A stretch of 62,344 nucleotides of DNA, the filler included. It is 9 parts of 9 records of this genome, joined end to end, with 100 filler letters (N's around TTAATTAATTAA, not from the genome) between each part and the next. Parts side by side here need not be neighbours in the genome. Positions count along the whole stretch, not along the records: positions 16,771 to 22,014 come from SRR31147125_108196; positions 22,115 to 27,249 come from SRR31147125_108204; positions 27,350 to 35,766 come from SRR31147125_108229; 6 more parts are not named here. One strand, given 5' to 3'. This document shows, piece after piece, positions 20,609 through 28,826 of this stretch; the first letter of the stretch is position 1; every line of letters begins with the position of its first letter. The position numbers were made by a program, and so were the translations under genes. The notes below the pieces were generated by a model. It did not search any database. It had not been told where the DNA came from and saw only the letters and a list, made by a program, of their open reading frames with translations.

Positions 20609-21628
20609 CTAATCAAGTGGAATACTGTGCTCTTTGTAAAATGCTTCAGCAGCCGGATGAAGTGGTAATTGCAGCCCTTTGGCCATTCCATCAGTGGTGA
20701 ATTCAGACAAGCTGGGATGATGTTTTGAATACATATCGGCATTCTCAAATGCACCCGTTAAAATAGCTTTAACGACTTTGTCTGGAACACCTTTGTTGAT
20801 TATAAATTGACATGGCGTGTAAGGAACGACGGTATCTTCTTTTATACCCTCATATGTCCCCCCCGGAATTTTCCCTTCAAGCAGACCAAAATTGTCCATG
20901 GCATAGTCGAGAATTTCAGGATCCCACTTCAACAATTTAAGATCCCTCGCGTGGGAAAGTTCCAATAACCATCCAATTTTATTTGAACCTACTGCCAATA
21001 TCCCGTCTGCATGCCCGTCTTTTACTAAATTTACGGCATCAGCCCACGAGACGAAACTAATGTTGCCGCCCCATTCACTTTTTACATCTTCCCAGCCGAT
21101 TCCCTGGGATTTTAGGATAGATCCCCAAACCAATTCAGTTGCTGTTCCTTTGTGTAAAGTGGCTAATTTTACAGGTAACTTCTTTGTAAAGAGATCGCCA
21201 ATGCTATCTGCTTCGAGGTCTTTTCTGACTACTGCGAAAAAGTTGAATTTATTCTGTGCAGACATTAGCGCTCTAACATTTGATAAATCTTCCTTATCGT
21301 ACGGGGGAGTTTTTTTATCGCCCATTGCAGCTAATGATATTGTTGTTGCCGCAATATCAATTTCACCAACATTCGTCCGCATGAGGTTCCCAACAAATCC
21401 ACCAGGAACTACAGTTATTTCAACCCTTGGATAAGAATTTGATACTACTTTAGATAGTCCCGTGAGAATAACAAAACCCACCCCACCAGGGGATGCTCCC
21501 GCTGCTTTCAAAACAGCTGATGTTTTAGGATCAGGCTTATCCGCAGCCGATACGGCTGAAACCAATAAAAAGAGCACGGTAAATGTTATCGTTAATATTC
21601 GCATTCTCCTTCCAGTTGTTTGTCTCAT
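20609..21628 (-). CDS. TAXI-family TRAP solute-binding protein
   Basis: Signal peptide, GASPGG, VKDGHADG and C-terminal PLHPAAEAFYKE. ATG 21628 follows GGAGGA. Confidence 0.9.
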   Translation of the reverse strand: MRQTTGRRMRILTITFTVLFLLVSAVSAADKPDPKTSAVLKAAGASPGGVGFVILTGLSKVVSNSYPRVEITVVPGGFVGNLMRTNVGEIDIAATTISLAAMGDKKTPPYDKEDLSNVRALMSAQNKFNFFAVVRKDLEADSIGDLFTKKLPVKLATLHKGTATELVWGSILKSQGIGWEDVKSEWGGNISFVSWADAVNLVKDGHADGILAVGSNKIGWLLELSHARDLKLLKWDPEILDYAMDNFGLLEGKIPGGTYEGIKEDTVVPYTPCQFIINKGVPDKVVKAILTGAFENADMYSKHHPSLSEFTTDGMAKGLQLPLHPAAEAFYKEHSIPLD

Positions 21629-21758
21629 GTCATCCTCCAAGTTTGTAGTAATGACAGAAAAGCATCCAATTTATACTTTTTCTGTCGACAAGTTCGATCG
21701 CTATCTTTCTTCAGGAATTTTTAGCACTGTCAATATATATAATGATTGGAATGTGTTA

Positions 21759-22014
21759 TCAGCAAGATACAATCACGCACTCGTACAGTTTGGTCATGAT
21801 GAATTCATGATGACCCATTACCTCGGCGGAGGTCATGCGGCCGTTCGCGGTGCGCATCATTACGTCCAGAGCCAGATCTCCGGCCTGGTCGAGGTTCATC
21901 TCGCAGCGCAGCAGGCCGGAAACGTCCACGTCGAAATGCTCGGACATCGTCCTGAGTGTGCGCGGATTTGAGCAGAGCTTGATAACCGGCAGAATCGGGT
22001 TGCCGATGATGTTG
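21759..22014 (-). CDS. UxaA-family lyase C-terminus, SuyB (sulfolactate sulfo-lyase beta)-like; 5'-truncated
   Basis: Manual translation [35 protein letters not shown]...[25 protein letters not shown] resembles SuyB-type C-termini from recall. Confidence 0.7.
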
Positions 22015-22114
22015 NNNNNNNNNNNNNNNNNNNNNNNNNNNNNNNNNNNNNNNNNNNNTTAATTAATTAANNNNNNNNNNNNNNNNNNNNNNNNNNNNNN
22101 NNNNNNNNNNNNNN
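22015..22114. other. Artificial contig linker
   Basis: 44 N + TTAATTAATTAA + 44 N. Confidence 0.99.
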
Positions 22115-22166
22115 TTGCCTGACTTGTTCCCACCAATTCGATGACTTTATAAACGCTTTTGCTCAT
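22115..22166 (-). CDS. Dodecin family protein, N-terminal fragment
   Basis: RBS AAGGAG, then MSKSVYKVIELVGTSQA, the typical dodecin N-terminus (YKxxELVGTS). Cut by the contig end and not in the ORF track. Confidence 0.8.
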
Positions 22167-22533
22167 TGACGTCTCCTTTTTGCTTTTCAGTTGATAGCCG
22201 AATAGCCCCTACTCACAACATAGTGAAGGTCGCGACATAGATTAAGCGTATTTCAATAGGATGGGGACAGGCAACTGCTATGATTACATACCAGTATCTG
22301 TTGGTTAGCTCAAGTTGAGGTTATAAACGGTTATCTGGAAATCAGGCAGAATGCAAAGCTTCTTGCTTACGCCAACATACCTGAATAGCAATAAAAATTG
22401 GTATCAGGTCGAAGTGTCCGTATCGATACAAGGTAACCATTTTTATGATGGCCTGACAGTTTGAGTTTGATTTATGTGTGTTCGTTTTTATCCTGTATTT
22501 GTATATATGACTCCGGGTCGAAAAGGGTTCGGT

Positions 22534-22878
22534 ATGATAGAGAGCTGTTCATTCGGTGCTATGACCGTTGATGGTCGCAGGTATACGTCCGATCTGATGA
22601 TTTTTGCGGACGGTCGCGTAGCAGATCAGTGGTGGCGGGCGGAGGGGCACCGGTTGTCCTTGAAGGACATGATGCCGCTCATTGAGTCTGCGCCTCGCAT
22701 GATCGTGGCCGGCATGGGTATTTACGGCCGGATGAAAGCGGATTCCGGGCTGGAAAAGGCACTGAAGGCTAAGGGTATCATTCTGGTTACCGAGAACTCC
22801 GAGGCTGCGGCTCGGCGGTTTAATGATCTATGCAAGGAGCAGACTGGCGTTGCGGCCTGCTTTCATCTGACTTGCTGA
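22534..22878 (+). CDS. Mth938-like (DUF498) protein
   Basis: MIESCSFG..VDG..YTSDL, WWR.EGH, G.G..G.M and C-terminal FHLTC. Start at ATG 22534. Confidence 0.88.
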   Translation: MIESCSFGAMTVDGRRYTSDLMIFADGRVADQWWRAEGHRLSLKDMMPLIESAPRMIVAGMGIYGRMKADSGLEKALKAKGIILVTENSEAAARRFNDLCKEQTGVAACFHLTC

Positions 22879-22886
22879 CCTCTTCA

Positions 22887-22924
22887 AAGTGCGGGGACGG
22901 GCTTTGCGCCCGCCGCACCTTTTT
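22887..22924 (+). terminator. Intrinsic terminator
   Basis: GTGCGG..CGGGC-loop-GCCCG CCGCAC followed by CTTTTT. Confidence 0.65.
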
Positions 22925-23014
22925 CTGGCAACCTGCTCCTTGTAAAAGGATACTCGAATTGTACCCGTACACGTGCGAGGATGAGTTCGCTGCGACTCAT
23001 CGGCAGCTTCGTTT

Positions 23015-23989
23015 TTATGCTGTGGATACAGATTCACCGGCACCCGCATTGATTGTTACCGATTTGCAGATTTCGGTGACGTGGCGGTGATCGGTGCCGC
23101 AGCAGCCGCCGAATATGTTCAGATGCGGCAGCAACCGCTTTAATTCGGCGTAGCGCGTTCCAAGGTCGGTGGGGTCGCCTGCATCGAGTTCATCGGATCC
23201 GTCCAGTTCTTCGTGGCTTTTGTCCGAGGCGTTGGCCTGGATGGCGCGCACCCGCCTGACCCATGATTCGCCGGTTGTCAGGGCTTCTGCGAAATGGGTG
23301 GGGTGAGCGCAGTTGATCATGTAGTAGGCCGGTCCGTTGGTGGTGGCGGCGTCGACGGCCTGGATGGCTTCGCCGAGGGGCTGCCCTGAGGGCAGGAGTC
23401 CGTTGGTTTCCACGGTAAATGAGATGACCACGGGGATTCGGGCAGATTGGGCGGCCTGGACCATACCGATGGCCTCTTCTGCGTAGTTGATGGTGAAGGC
23501 CGAGATGAGGTCGGCTGCAGTCCGGCTCAAGGTGTCGATCTGCTCCTGGTGATAGGCCTTGGCCTCTTCGATGGTCATCTTTTCGTCGATCTGGTAGCCG
23601 TCACCGCGCGGCCCGATGCAGCCGCTGATCACCATGGGGCTGTCGTCTGTTTCCCATTCCCTGCGCAGATCGCTGAGCAGGGCGATGGCGGTGTGATTCA
23701 TCTCCGTCAACTCCCCCGGTGTATATCCGATTTTGCGGCCCCAGTCGCGGCTGGCCCGCCAGGTGGGGCTTTCAAGGATGAATCCGACCCGATGGTTTCG
23801 CGCCAGGTCGATGTAGGGCAGGAAGTAGTCGTGCAGGATGCGGTAGCCGTCCTTTTTTCGAAAAATATCAAAAGCGGCGACTTCGGGAAGATCGTGGCCT
23901 TGATCGAAGATGAGGGTTGTTTCCAGTCCGCCGTCTGTGATGAAGATGTCGTCTGCCAGTTGGGGCAGTGGGTTGCGATGGGTGTTCAT
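23015..23989 (-). CDS. Homocysteine S-methyltransferase family protein
   Basis: DGGLET, GPRGDGY, INCAHP and GGCCG zinc motif. ATG 23989 follows GGAGG. Confidence 0.92.
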   Translation of the reverse strand: MNTHRNPLPQLADDIFITDGGLETTLIFDQGHDLPEVAAFDIFRKKDGYRILHDYFLPYIDLARNHRVGFILESPTWRASRDWGRKIGYTPGELTEMNHTAIALLSDLRREWETDDSPMVISGCIGPRGDGYQIDEKMTIEEAKAYHQEQIDTLSRTAADLISAFTINYAEEAIGMVQAAQSARIPVVISFTVETNGLLPSGQPLGEAIQAVDAATTNGPAYYMINCAHPTHFAEALTTGESWVRRVRAIQANASDKSHEELDGSDELDAGDPTDLGTRYAELKRLLPHLNIFGGCCGTDHRHVTEICKSVTINAGAGESVSTA

Positions 23990-24045
23990 ATTGGGCCTCC
24001 TTTTGGGTAGTGTTTTCATGTTTAGAATGCTTTTTACCTGATAGG

Positions 24046-24073
24046 CGTAAGTTAGGGCCTTACGATGTAAGGC
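24046..24073. promoter_or_regulatory. Candidate operator with three YGTAAG half-sites
   Basis: CGTAAG 24046, CTTACG 24059 and TGTAAG 24066, forming GCCTTAC-GAT-GTAAGGC, 57-84 nt upstream of the methyltransferase start. Confidence 0.45.
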
Positions 24074-24136
24074 GGAGGTGTTTGACAGATTTTTATTTGG
24101 AGTGTGGGAGGAAATCACCTGTGAGAAGGGGAGGTC

Positions 24137-24263
24137 GTAGGGGTATCCCATGCGATGCTTACTGGTTTAACTGGCGCTAAGATGCGCTACGAGCGGTCCG
24201 CTGTTCCTCCGCTGCATCCAAGCGCCAGTAAAACCATCCACTGAACGCATGGGACGCTGCTAC
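24137..24263. repeat. GTAG-type REP doublet (REPIN-like long hairpin)
   Basis: Both ends read inward as GTAG-N5-TCCCATGCG. Inner arms TGGTTTAACTGGCGCT / AGCGCCAGTAAAACCA (1 mismatch) and GATGC / GCATC. Confidence 0.6.
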
Positions 24264-24346
24264 ACGCTGCCATCCACACCTCCATCGTGGCATAGATCCA
24301 AAGATTGATTTAGAATACATCTCTATAGTTACAGATAGATGCTGCA

Positions 24347-26718
24347 TTAAAGTTGCCAATGAATTGTCTTTTCCGGTGTGTAGCTGCAGAAGGTGCCGGT
24401 GTGGACGGCGTTGGTGAGGTGGCGGCCGAGGAGGGGGTGGGCGGCTTCTATCTTGCGGATGGCACTGCGGATGCGCCAGGTGACGGCGGCACGGGCACGT
24501 TCCACAGGTGTGTTTGTTTTGCGGGTGCGGCCGCCGAGACCCAGGGCTTTGGTGAGGTGTTCAGTGAGCCTGTCGAGTTCGGCGGCGGCTCGTTCGGCAC
24601 GGGGCGGGTCGTTCATCGATTCGGCGTCCTCGATCTCCTGCTGCAGGTCACGGATGCGCGTTTCATATTCGTGACGGGCTTGATCGTCGAAAAATGTTTC
24701 CGTCTCTTGGTCTACAATGATCCCGCCCATCAGATCCGCGCAGTGGATTTCCCTGCCCGGTTCGGTCAGCAGGCGCGACAGGTCGTGAAAGCCTTTCACT
24801 TCGGGGAGCTGAACCGTGGTACCTTCGAATGAGATTTGCCACATGCCGTTTTCAAGTGCAAATTGATTGGCCTGCAGGTTTAGGGCAGCTCGCCCTGAAT
24901 GGCCGGATTGCCGAACAACGGTATCCTCGAGTCCGGCCAGTCTCAATCCTTCCAGCAGTTGCTGACGGTCGTCTTCCTCTTTGAACGGGTTGGCCAGCGT
25001 CATCCAATCGATGATTTCATCGGGGCGCGGTGTTCGGCCAATGGTGATCTTCTCCTTAAAGTTCTCCCGGAGTATTTCGAGGTAGTATGTCGCTTTTTGA
25101 TGATTGCCGGTGTAAGCATACGACACGGCCAGAAAGCCGGGCAGGTCGATCCAGACGTCGGTCAGAGGCCCTTTCAGCGCCGTTTCGATACACGCTTCAT
25201 ACTTTCGCCGGACGAAATAGGTGAAAGAACCCAAGGTGTGGTACCAGGTGTTTCGATAGGGGTTGAGCCGTATCGCTTTGTGGTACAGCCGTTCGCTCTC
25301 TTCGCCTCTACCCAGGAAGGCCTTGCCGGTGGCGATCTGCATCAGGTTGTCAGCGTCGTTGGTGTTGAGTGCCAGGGATCGGTCCAGGTGCGCCTCGGCC
25401 TGGTCGAACCGGCGGCGGTAGAGCAGAATGCGGCCCAGAATGAGCTGAACGACATAGTCGCTGTGGTTCAGTTGCTCCGCCTTCAGGGCGTATTCAAAAG
25501 CGTTCTTTTCAGTGGTTTCCCATTCTCCCCACAGCTGGCAGCTCCAGTCGTTGAAGTAGGAGAGCGAGATGCCGGCATAGGCGCGGCTGTAATTGGGGTC
25601 GATGGCCAGGGCCTGGTGGAAGATCTCCCTGGCCGCTTTGTCGGCGGTTGGCGTTCCCTGGCGCATCAGGTCCATGCCGCGCAGCCAGCAGTCGTAGGCG
25701 GCCAGGCTCGTGACAGGTTTGTTGCGGGCTGCAGCCAGCAACACGTTGTCGATTTGGGCGGAGATCGCCCCCACTACCCGGGCGACGATGTCATCCTGTA
25801 TATCGAACAGGTCATGCATGGAAGCGTCGTAGCGTTCCGCCCATAGGATACCGCCGTCGGTGGTGGCGAGCAGCTGGGTCGAGATGCGGATCTGTTCGCC
25901 TTTGCGGCGCAGGTTGCCCCTGAGGAGATAGCCGATGCCGAGGTCGGCAGCCGTCCGAACGGCATCTTCTTCTCCTGTGCCGATCTTGCGCGATGTATAA
26001 GAGGAGATAACCTGAAGGCTGGGGAAGTGGGCGATGTCGGTGATCAGGTCCTCGACGAACCCGAGTGAGAAGTAATCGTGTTCCCGGTTTCCGGAGAAGT
26101 TGTCGAACGGTAGCACGGCAACGCAGGCGGCCTGAGAAACAGACGCCGGCTCGGATGAAGGGATGTTGCTGAATATCTTGTCTTTGTCTTCAGGGTTGGT
26201 TAGGACGCGGTAGATTCTTACCGGCTCGGAGATGTTCTTAACCCGGTGCTCGCCCATGAAGGCGTAGCCGAAGTCGAGCTTTCCTTGACCTGGTCGAAGA
26301 CCGGCCCTGTGATGCATATGCCCTCCCCGGCGGCAAAGGCCTCCACCCGGGCGGCGATGTTTACACCGTCTCCGAACAGATCCTTTCCTTTTCGGATCAC
26401 ATCCCCCAGGTTGATACCGATGCGGAAATGCATGCGCTGGGTATCGGGCAGTGCGGCATTTTTCTCTTCCAGGAGGGTCTGTACCCGGACTGCACCGCTG
26501 ACCGCATCCACAACACTGGGGAATTCAGCCAGAACGGCATCGCCGGGCGCATTGACGATCCGTCCGCCATGCTGGCGGGCCGTCTGCTCGAAGAGTTTCC
26601 GGCAGGCGGTAATCGTCTTTACGGTGAGAGGCTCGTCGTCTCCCATCAGGCGGCTGTATCCTTGGGCATCCGCACTCAGGATGGCGGCAAGTTTGCGCTT
26701 TTGTGTGGATGTGGCCAT
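24347..26718 (-). CDS. Class III nucleotide cyclase - TolB_N-like - TPR - C-terminal putative DNA-binding domain; 1-nt frameshift at about 26280-26284
   Basis: ILSADAQGYS, GDAVL and GDGVNIAARVE in one frame. Adding one base gives VFDQVK-x-KLDFGYAFMGEHRVKNI, continuing into AVLPFDN, TPRs and ERARAAVTWRIR...TGTFCSY. Confidence 0.85.
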
Positions 26719-27039
26719 GCTGGGGTCCTCTCATCGCCGGGGCGGTCGGGTAACCCAATCTGTATCGACCGGCGCTTGGATGCTTTGGAGTCTTGCCGTT
26801 CAACATAAACATGTCAATTGCACCCTGCAACCGGGTTGGCGATGATGTCCTCGCACTGCCGGATGGTTGAAAGTTTAAGGTTGAAGGGTTAATGTTGAGG
26901 AAAGCTGTTAATCGAATTCACAGTGAAGCCCCAACGTCCCCCTATCCCAAAGGGGGAGTTGTGATTTCGGTCATCAATAATCTGAAAACAGCAAAAAGCA
27001 GATCCAAATAAGAAAATTGGATAAGAGAGGAGAGACAGG

Positions 27040-27249
27040 ATGCCTTCTACCACACAGATTGAGACCACCGGAGCCCCGGCAGCCATCGGACCCTATTCCC
27101 AGGGCAGGATCGGTGGCAACACGGTATTTGTCAGCGGACAACTGGGGTTGGACCCCAAAAGCGGTGAGTTTGTCGGAGATGACTTCGATGCCCAGGCACG
27201 CCAGGCGCTGGCCAACATGCAGGCCATTCTGCAGGCCGGTGGATGCAAG
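27040..27249 (+). CDS. RidA family enamine deaminase, 3'-truncated
   Basis: APAAIGPYSQ and FVSGQLG motifs. Confidence 0.9.
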
Positions 27250-27349
27250 NNNNNNNNNNNNNNNNNNNNNNNNNNNNNNNNNNNNNNNNNNNNTTAATTA
27301 ATTAANNNNNNNNNNNNNNNNNNNNNNNNNNNNNNNNNNNNNNNNNNNN
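27250..27349. other. Artificial contig linker
   Basis: 44 N + TTAATTAATTAA + 44 N. Confidence 0.99.
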
Positions 27350-27583
27350 AAATCTTTCCCCTGTTTTTCCAGGCGGCAAGGCCCCGGGAACCGGTTTTGA
27401 TTTCTTTTTAGAAAAAGTATCATCAAATTAATTTCAATCTATCCAAAACCATGGGTTACCTGTTTTTGCAGACCTTCTTTTGCCTTGGCAATTTCATGCC
27501 ATATCCTTTCCGCCCACCATAAAATTATCTCAAAAATTAATCCCCTGATACATACAAATACCCGCTTTTCATTTCCTGTTTCA

Positions 27584-27598
27584 AGGCACCTTTATTGA
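27584..27598 (+). promoter_or_regulatory. Possible sigma54 promoter (GG-N10-GA variant)
   Basis: AGGCAC-CTTTA-TTGA versus the consensus TGGCAC-N5-TTGC, 82 nt upstream of flgD. Confidence 0.4.
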
Positions 27599-27680
27599 TA
27601 CTGAAAAGGTGCAGCAAAGAAGGTTTTGCGCCGAATGGAAACTTAAAACCCTAATTTAAAGAACCGTATAAGGAGGGGAT

Positions 27681-28787
27681 ATGTCAGACTCAACCACTAT
27701 TTTAAGCTCCCTTATCTCCGGTTACACCTCTTATGAGACCGAAGACACCACCACCGGGAGCTCAGAGCTGACCACCGATGATTTTCTGACCCTGCTGGTG
27801 GCCCAGCTGGAAAACCAGAATCCCCTGGACCCTGCCGACACAGATGAGTTCACGGATCAATTGGCCCAGTTTTCCCAATTGGAGCAGCTCATCACCGTCA
27901 ATGACAACCTGGATGAAATCATTGAGGACTCCGAGACTGTGGACTCGGAAATCAACGCCATGGACTATGTGGGCATGCAGGTCACGGGCACGGCCAATAC
28001 CATGACCGTAGATGACGGCAGCATCACCTCAGGATACTATTCTTTGGATGAAACCGCAGATGTCTATGTATTGGTTTATGATGAAGACGGCAGCCTGATC
28101 TCCACCATTGACGAGGGACAGGTGGATTCCGGATCCTATCTGGTCACCTGGGACGGCACGGACACAGAAGGGGACAGCGTGGATGACGGTACGTACTACT
28201 ATGCGGTCATGGCCAATACCGGTGACGGGTATGAGGAGATCACCTCATCTCTGACCGGCACGGTGGACTCGGTGGTCTTTCTCTCTGACACCCCCTATCT
28301 GGTCGTCAGCGGGGTTCTCATGGATGTTTCCTCGGTGACCACGGCCACGGATGCCACCTCCAGCGACTCGGACACCACCTCTATTCTGGAATATCTGGGC
28401 ATGACCGTCAGCACCTACTATCCCATTGTCCAGGTGGATGACGGGGCCGTATCAGGCAGCGATCTGACCTATTATCTGGAAAGCCAGGAAGGCGTCACCA
28501 TTTCCATTTACAACGCCAGTGATGAAAATATTGCCACCATTGAAGTGGATTCCGACGACACCGTTGCCGGAGACAACTCCGTGACCTGGGATGGCCTGGC
28601 CGATACCGGATACACGGCCTCAGACGGACTTTACTACTATACCGTGACCACAGAGAGCGGGGATTCCGCCACCACACCGACATCAGGTGAGGTTACGGCC
28701 ATTACCACGGTGAACGGGACCCAATACCTGACTCTCGGCGAATCCGGCCGCCTGATCTCCGTATCCAATGTCACATCAGTCGAATAA
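27681..28787 (+). CDS. flgD: Flagellar hook cap FlgD with duplicated Tudor/Ig region; hyperacidic
   Basis: DFLTLLVAQLENQNPLDP and QLAQFSQLEQL, two TWDG..DG.YYY units, RBS AAGGAGG. Confidence 0.92.
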   Translation: MSDSTTILSSLISGYTSYETEDTTTGSSELTTDDFLTLLVAQLENQNPLDPADTDEFTDQLAQFSQLEQLITVNDNLDEIIEDSETVDSEINAMDYVGMQVTGTANTMTVDDGSITSGYYSLDETADVYVLVYDEDGSLISTIDEGQVDSGSYLVTWDGTDTEGDSVDDGTYYYAVMANTGDGYEEITSSLTGTVDSVVFLSDTPYLVVSGVLMDVSSVTTATDATSSDSDTTSILEYLGMTVSTYYPIVQVDDGAVSGSDLTYYLESQEGVTISIYNASDENIATIEVDSDDTVAGDNSVTWDGLADTGYTASDGLYYYTVTTESGDSATTPTSGEVTAITTVNGTQYLTLGESGRLISVSNVTSVE

Positions 28788-28826
28788 TTGCAGCCACGAT
28801 ATTGACGCTAACTTAAGGAGCACCCC

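Noticed and set aside
22873-22924. TGC-TGA followed by a hairpin, as selenocysteine plus SECIS
   Set aside because: Mth938-like proteins normally end at HxTC, and the hairpin has a T-tail like a terminator.
27486-27501. TGGCA-N6-TGCCA as a sigma54 promoter on the minus strand
   Set aside because: GG-to-GC spacing is 9 rather than 10. It could be an activator site, but that is unsupported.
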